A stretch of DNA of 43,716 bases, taken from an uncultured virus (IMG/VR IMGVR_UViG_2061766007_000189). Lineage: Duplodnaviria; Heunggongvirae; Uroviricota; Caudoviricetes. This document shows, piece by piece, positions 38,237-43,716 of this stretch. The notes below the pieces were generated by a model. The model was not told the origin of the DNA, ran no database searches, and saw nothing but the letters and a program-made list of their open reading frames with translations. The position numbers and the translations under genes were made by a program. The stretch lies in the IMG/VR virus record IMGVR_UViG_2061766007_000189. One strand, written 5' to 3'. Position 1 is the stretch's first letter. Each line of letters begins with the position of its first letter.

Positions 38237-38240
38237 CTCA

Positions 38241-39899
38241 TCAAATCAACACTTGATAATTCTCCTTCTTATCACACCAGACAACATAAGCGTCCAAAAG
38301 AGCCGCCGTGCCGTCAATTCTCTGTGTACGTTTATCCGATTTGCAAGGTTGAATATTGCCGTTGGTATCCGTTTTAACGTCCGTGTTCAGCAAACACCAC
38401 AAGTCAATTGGATTATCGTCATAAACAATTTTTTTGTCTTGTAAATCGGCTTTAAGGTCTTTCATCGGTCCCGAAAGAGTGATAACACCCTGCCGGACGG
38501 AAATCATTGTAGTTTTACCGAACTCGTTTGCAAAGGCACTCAATAAGTCATCCGAAATATGCCAAGGGTCATATCCTATGTACATTGGATAAATATCCTC
38601 ACTGTCACGAAGTTCACAGAACCAGTCAAGAAATACTCGCTTATCAACTTTCTTTCCGGGGTAGGTTCTCATTAAGCCTTGTTCAATCCATTGCTTATAC
38701 GGAACGTGGTCACGGCTGTCACGATTTCCCTTTTCGTCCTGTTCGTCAATAACCGACTGTGGAATCCAGTACATAGACTTTACATATATCTTATCGTCAT
38801 TAGGTTTCTGAAAAATAGCTTTAGCCGCATTAAGGTCTACACTGTCGGCTGCGTCCATGCCTCCAATAAAATAGCGATATTTATATTCGGGTATTTTTTC
38901 GGGGTTGTGAGCGTCTTCGTAAGTGAGCCAACGACTTTGCGGATTTTCTTTAAGATTGAAGTCTTTAACAAGTACAGTAGGCTTAAAAGTCGGGTCTGAC
39001 TTTGCTTTATGTACCATTTGCCTTAGATAATCGTATGATTTGACAGTGCCTAAACCGGGATTAGCTTTTATCCAACATTGTTCCTTCTCCCATTCTTCGG
39101 GGCTGTCAAGCTCGTAGATAAACGGAAGAAAATGCTCGTCTTGTATCTTTCCCAAAATGACTTTTTCGGCGTACTCATACTGTGCGTCAAATATACCGTT
39201 TCTTACAAATCCGTTAGTTGTTATAGTAAACAGAACAGGCTGTGAGCGTGCGCCCATAGCCTGCTTTATGAGGTCGTATAAATCTCTGTTTTTTATAGCC
39301 GCCAGCTCGTCAATGACAGCACAATGAACGTCCAAACCGTCAAGGTTTGCCGTCTCACTTGCTAAAGCTTTGATGTACCCGAAGTTATACGAAAAATACA
39401 AGTCGCTCGCTCTTTTACGGATATGTTTTCGCAAAAAAGGAGATTTTTGTATCATCTTATAGCAAGCGTTAAAACCTAAGGTCGCCTGTTCTCTTTGTGT
39501 CGCAAGGTTGTATATTTGCGGTGAGCCTTCACCGTCGTTACAAAGCATATCAATTTCAACTGCGCCTGTTTCGGAGGTTTTCCCGTTTTTTCTTCCTTCA
39601 ATTATCAGACACTCGTTATACTGCCGCTTGTTGTTATCATCGACAAAGCCGAAAAGAGCCTGCAAGCGTGCCTTTTGAAAAAGCTCCATTGTAAAAGGTT
39701 TGCCCATTTTTTCGCCCGAGGGATAACAGCAGAAACGTTCGATAAAGCCGATATGTTTATTAGCTGTGTCAATATCAAAATGATACTGACCGGGAGACGC
39801 AAGAGCATTAAGCAAGCGTTCCGCTTGTAAGCGCATTTTCTTACAAGCAACAATATCACCATTATAAATTGCTATAAAATATTTTTCAAATTCCGTCAA
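38241..39899 (-). CDS. terL: Terminase large subunit (allele A, complete)
   Basis: GRKNGKT Walker A, VIDE Walker B, ITT, KANP, YDPW, RIDG. Confidence 0.96.
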   Translation of the reverse strand: MTEFEKYFIAIYNGDIVACKKMRLQAERLLNALASPGQYHFDIDTANKHIGFIERFCCYPSGEKMGKPFTMELFQKARLQALFGFVDDNNKRQYNECLIIEGRKNGKTSETGAVEIDMLCNDGEGSPQIYNLATQREQATLGFNACYKMIQKSPFLRKHIRKRASDLYFSYNFGYIKALASETANLDGLDVHCAVIDELAAIKNRDLYDLIKQAMGARSQPVLFTITTNGFVRNGIFDAQYEYAEKVILGKIQDEHFLPFIYELDSPEEWEKEQCWIKANPGLGTVKSYDYLRQMVHKAKSDPTFKPTVLVKDFNLKENPQSRWLTYEDAHNPEKIPEYKYRYFIGGMDAADSVDLNAAKAIFQKPNDDKIYVKSMYWIPQSVIDEQDEKGNRDSRDHVPYKQWIEQGLMRTYPGKKVDKRVFLDWFCELRDSEDIYPMYIGYDPWHISDDLLSAFANEFGKTTMISVRQGVITLSGPMKDLKADLQDKKIVYDDNPIDLWCLLNTDVKTDTNGNIQPCKSDKRTQRIDGTAALLDAYVVWCDKKENYQVLI

Positions 39900-40258
39900 C
39901 TGATGTCACCGCCGTTGATATAATCAAGAAACGGGTCGGCTTGTTTCTTCTCCTCGGTCGGCAGCAGATCGGTAAGCTGTTTGATAATTTTTTGATAACT
40001 CGTGTTGAGCGAAGCATACATATCTGCGATAGGTCGTTTACGGTCGTAAGGCTCTTGATCTCCCTGCGAGAATTTCTCCGTTAGTCCGTTCTCAACTATA
40101 TCGTTTTCACATTCTTCAAGCATTACGCGCATATATGCCGCCCTGCGGATAAGCCCCTGCGCCACTTTCATTTTTTTCTCGGTTTTTAAATTTCCGTAAA
40201 TTTTAGTGAACCTGCGTTCTTCCGCTTTAATGCGTTCTTCTTTTGTTTTCTCTTCCAT
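39896..40258 (-). CDS. terS: Terminase small subunit (allele A)
   Basis: LI.RAA.M...L...E.DI...G..E.F.Q...RP....Y....KQLTDLLP; overlaps the terL start. Confidence 0.85.
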   Translation of the reverse strand: MEEKTKEERIKAEERRFTKIYGNLKTEKKMKVAQGLIRRAAYMRVMLEECENDIVENGLTEKFSQGDQEPYDRKRPIADMYASLNTSYQKIIKQLTDLLPTEEKKQADPFLDYINGGDIS

Positions 40259-40338
40259 ACTGCCGCCTCCTTTCGGCTAATTTATGGGGTGGGGGGTCTC
40301 AAAAATTGATGTGCGTTAAAAATGACCANNNNNNNNNN

Positions 40339-41259
40339 CGGTTTAAATGCAAGGTCGGCTTTTGCCTTGTTTACCATTTGCCGCAGATAGTCGTAAGATT
40401 TAATCGTGCCAAGTCCCGGATTAGCTTTTATCCAACATTCTTCTTTATCCCATTCATCGGGAGAATCCAACTCGTAAATAAACGGTAAATAATGCTCGTC
40501 ATTAACATCGCCGTTTATAATCTTTGCGGCATATTCATACTGAGAATCGAAAATACCGTTTCGCACAAATCCGTTTGTGGTTATGGTAAAAAGAATAGGC
40601 TGTGAGCGTGAACCCATAGCTTGTTTAATCAAATCGTATAAATCTCTGTTTTTAATAGCTGCCAATTCATCAATAACACCGCAGTGGACGTCCAATCCAT
40701 CAAGATTTCCGGTTTCGCTTGCAAGTGCCTTTATGAATCCAAAGTTATACGCAAAATACAAGTCACTCGCTCTTTTGCGAATATGTTTGCGTAAAAAAGG
40801 TGATTTTTGAACCATTTTATAGCAAGCGTTAAACCCTAGTGTAGCTTGTTCTCTTTGTGTTGCAAGATTATAAATCTGTGGAGAACCCTCGCCGTCATTG
40901 CAGAGCATATCAATTTCAACCGAGCCTGTTTCGGAGGTTTTACCGTTTTTTCTGCCCTCTATAATCAGACATTCATTATACTGCCGTTTGTTATTATCGT
41001 CAATAAAGCCAAACAGAGCTTGCAATCTTGCTTTCTGAAAAAGTTCCATTTTAAACGGCTGACCCATTTTATCACCAGAAGGATAGCAACAGAATTTTTC
41101 TATAAAATCAATATGCTTATTTGCGATATCAATATCAAAATGATATTCACCCGGCTGAGATAAAGCATTAAGCAATCGTTCTGACTGCTTCTGCATTTTC
41201 TTACAAGCAATAATTTTTCCGTTATAAATATCGGTAAAGTATTTTTCAAAATCCGTCAT
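40339..41259 (-). CDS. terL: Terminase large subunit (allele B, ATPase half)
   Basis: Collinear with the allele A N-terminal half; cut by N. Confidence 0.9.
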
Positions 41260-41621
41260 TTGCTGTCACCGCCCATTATGTGGCTCATAAAAGGGTCAAT
41301 CTCTTGCTTTTCCTCAGTTGGCAGCAGGTCGGTAAGCTGCTTAATGATTTTTTGATAACTTGTATTATATGCACTGTATAAATCTGCAACAGGTCTTTTT
41401 CGGTCATAAGGTTCTTGATTTTCACTCTGACTGAATTTTTCTGTCATACCGTTATCAACAATATCCTTTTCACATTCTTCAAGTTCGATTTTCATAAAAG
41501 CAGCTCTTTGAATAAGTCCCTGTGCAATCTTTAGCTTTCGTTCATTTTTCTGCTCACCATAGATTTTTGTTAGTCTGCGTTCCTCTGCTTTAATCCTTTC
41601 GGCTTTCGTTTTTTCTTTCAT
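41256..41621 (-). CDS. terS: Terminase small subunit (allele B)
   Basis: Homologous to 39896-40258; identical AAAGGAGGCGGCAG RBS. Confidence 0.85.
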   Translation of the reverse strand: MKEKTKAERIKAEERRLTKIYGEQKNERKLKIAQGLIQRAAFMKIELEECEKDIVDNGMTEKFSQSENQEPYDRKRPVADLYSAYNTSYQKIIKQLTDLLPTEEKQEIDPFMSHIMGGDSK

Positions 41622-41711
41622 GCTGCCGCCTCCTTTCGGTTAATTTCAGCTTGTTTTAGGGGTAGGGGGGTCTGTAAAACCTCGTACGTAAAGAAAGACC
41701 CNNNNNNNNNN

Positions 41712-42300
41712 AAACTCTTGTTTAAATGCACTTAAAAGCTCATCTGAAATATGCCAGCCGTCATAACCGATATACAGCGGATAAATGTCATACTTGTCAC
41801 GGAGTTCAATGAACCAGTCAAGAATCACTCTCTTATCGACTTTTCTGCCCTCACAGGTTCGCATATATCCCTGACTGATCCATAAATCATACGGCACCCA
41901 GTCACGACCGTTTCTGTTGCCCTTTTCGTTCTGCTCGTCAATGACACGCTGAGGNNNNNNNNNNNNNNNNNNNNATTGACTTGATATACAAGTGATTATC
42001 TCCAGGTTTCATGCAGATAGCCTTTGCAGCATTCAAGTCGATACTGTCAGCTGCATCAAATCCGCCGATACAGTAACGGAAATCGTAAAATTCNNNNNNN
42101 NNNNNNNNNNNNNNNNNNNNNNNNNNNNNNNNNAAACCATTTGACGAAGATAATCATAAGATTTTATTGTGCCAAGTCCCGGATTGGCTTTTATCCAACA
42201 TTCTTCTTTGTCCCATTCATCGAGAGAATCAAGCTCATAAATGAACGGTAAATAATGCTCGTCCTTTACATCTCCGTTTATGACCTTTGCAGCATACTCN
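41712..42300 (-). CDS. terL: Three internal terL fragments from other alleles
   Basis: KVDKRVILDWF...YIGYDGWHIS; RYCIGGFDAADSIDLNAAKA; EHYLPFIYELD...KANPGLG. Confidence 0.8.
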
Positions 42301-42309
42301 NNNNNNNNN

Positions 42310-43270
42310 ATGTGCGTCTTCATACGTCAGCCAACGTGATGACGGATTTTCTTTCAAGTTAAAATCCTTTACGAAAACAGTCGGTTTAAATGACAAATCC
42401 ATTTTCGCCTTTGCAACCATTTGACGAAGGTAGCTGTATGATTTTATCGTGCCAAGTCCGGGATTTGCCTTTATCCAGCAGTTTTCTTTGTCCCATTCAT
42501 CAGGGCTGTCAAGTTCATAGATAAACGGCAAGTAATGTTCATCTTGTTTGGGATTTTCAATGACCTTTGACGCATATTCATATTGAGCGTCAAAAATGCC
42601 GTTACGGACAAAGCCGTTTGTCGTAATGGTGAAAAGTATGGGCTGCCGCCTTGCACCCATGGCTTGTTTTATCAGGTCATATAAATCTCTGTCCCTGATG
42701 GCTGCAAGCTCGTCTATAATGGCACCATGCACATCAAGACCGTCAAGACTTGATGTTTCACTTGCAAGGGCTTTGATATATCCTAAATTGTTCCAGAAAT
42801 ACAAATCTGCTGCACGTTTTTTAATATGTTTGGCAAGCAGCGGAGATTTCTGTATCATCTTATGGCAAGCTGTAAAGCCTAATTTGGCTTGGTCAAGTTT
42901 TGTTGCCAAATTATATATCTGCGGAGAGTTCTCCCCGTCATTCAAAAGCATATCTATTTCAACAGCGGCACACTCACTCGTTTTTCCGTTTTTTCTGCCC
43001 TCGATAATCAAACATTCATTATACTGCCGTATATCGTTATCATCAACAAAGCCAAATAAAGCCTGCAATCTTGCCTTTTGAAAAAGTTCCATTTCAAAAG
43101 GCTTTCCCATTTTCTCACCTGTCGGAAAGCAACAGAATTTTTCGATAAATCTAATGTGCTTGTTTGCAATATCATAATCGAAATGATATTTGTCGGGACA
43201 AGCATAGGCTTTCAGCAGGTTTTCAGCCTGTTTCCGCATTTTATGACAAGCAGTAATTTTGCCGTCATAA
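42310..43270 (-). CDS. terL: Terminase large subunit (allele C, ATPase half)
   Basis: GRKNGKT, IIDE, ITTNG, KANP; more diverged. Confidence 0.9.
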
Positions 43271-43323
43271 NNNNNNNNNNNNNNNNNNNNNNNNNNNNNN
43301 NNNNNNNNNNNNNNNNNNNNNNN

Positions 43324-43671
43324 TCCCGTAAATGACAGTAATTCATCAGCAACGATTTTATTTTTATCGGGCAAAAGGTCTGTCAGCTGCTTGACGATCT
43401 TTGCATATTGTGCACATGATTGATTGTATTGCCTGACAACAGGTCTTTCTCTTTCATACGCTTCCTGTTCCTTGCCTTGTTTGAACATCTCAACAGAACC
43501 ATTTGTATTGATATCAATTTCATAATCTTCCAAAGTGACTTTCAGGAAAGCGGCACGGCTTATTAACGGCAATGCAGTCTTGAATTTTTTTTCGTCTTTT
43601 ATATCCTTGAAAATTCCGTTCAATCGCTTTATTTCTTTTTTGATACGTTCATCTTTTGTCAAATCTGCCAT
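43324..43671 (-). CDS. terS: Terminase small subunit (allele C)
   Basis: ERIKKEIKRL...LISRAAFL...ERPV...KQLTDLLP; the fusion with terL in the ORF track is a gap artefact. Confidence 0.85.
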
Positions 43672-43716
43672 AATAAGCTCACTTCCTTGTAAAAAATTTG
43701 GGGTGGAGGGGCTGAA

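Larger units (their letters stand above)
1..43716 (-). mobile_element. Temperate HK97-like siphovirus genome in excised/virion arrangement; composite scaffold of several related alleles
   Basis: Packaging, head, tail, lysis, integration, immunity and replication modules are all present. The integrase converges on the holin across an attP-like region and no host genes are seen. Many N spacers separate duplicated, diverged alleles. Confidence 0.96.

Noticed and set aside
38241..43671. Real tandem triplication or shufflon of terminase genes
   Set aside because: Every junction between copies is an N spacer, the extra copies are truncated, and no invertase or inverted cassette is present
42235..43671. 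terS-terL fusion protein (478 aa in the ORF track)
   Set aside because: The fusion is read through a run of Ns; alleles A and B show separate overlapping genes

Overview
This window is most of a temperate, HK97-like long-tailed phage genome from a Bacillota host (probably Clostridia; host inferred from gene families and promoter style). Almost all genes lie on the - strand. Read right to left, the late side runs terS/terL, portal, ClpP protease, major capsid, head-tail joining genes, tail tube, tail chaperones, tape measure, Dit, Tal, BppU-like protein, tail-tip proteins including a BspA-type LRR protein, endolysin and holin. An apparently intact attP follows, then the tyrosine integrase and cI-like repressor on the + strand. 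The early side carries Xis, a PAPS-reductase-like gene, DUF1351, RecT, an MBL hydrolase, the replisome organiser, DnaC, DUF1064, YopX and Zn-ribbon genes. The sequence is not one clean genome. Dozens of N spacers join diverged alleles of the same loci (3 terminase modules, 2 tape measures, 2 RecT/DUF1351/DnaC/tail tube), so it reads as a scaffold of at least 3 co-occurring relatives. Duplications and gene order across Ns should not be taken literally. The most interesting signals are: (1) an unannotated 34-aa ORF with its own perfect promoter and terminator converging on a repressor that lacks an autocleavage domain (candidate decoy antirepressor); (2) promoter-plus-terminator units predicted to make short antisense RNAs against the integrase leader and an early gene; (3) what looks like the 3' end of a group I intron inside recT; (4) an LRR tail protein with DNA-identical repeat frameworks but hypervariable NNY codons; (5) a half-MFS-like membrane protein; and (6) tape-measure alleles differing by exactly 55 aa.
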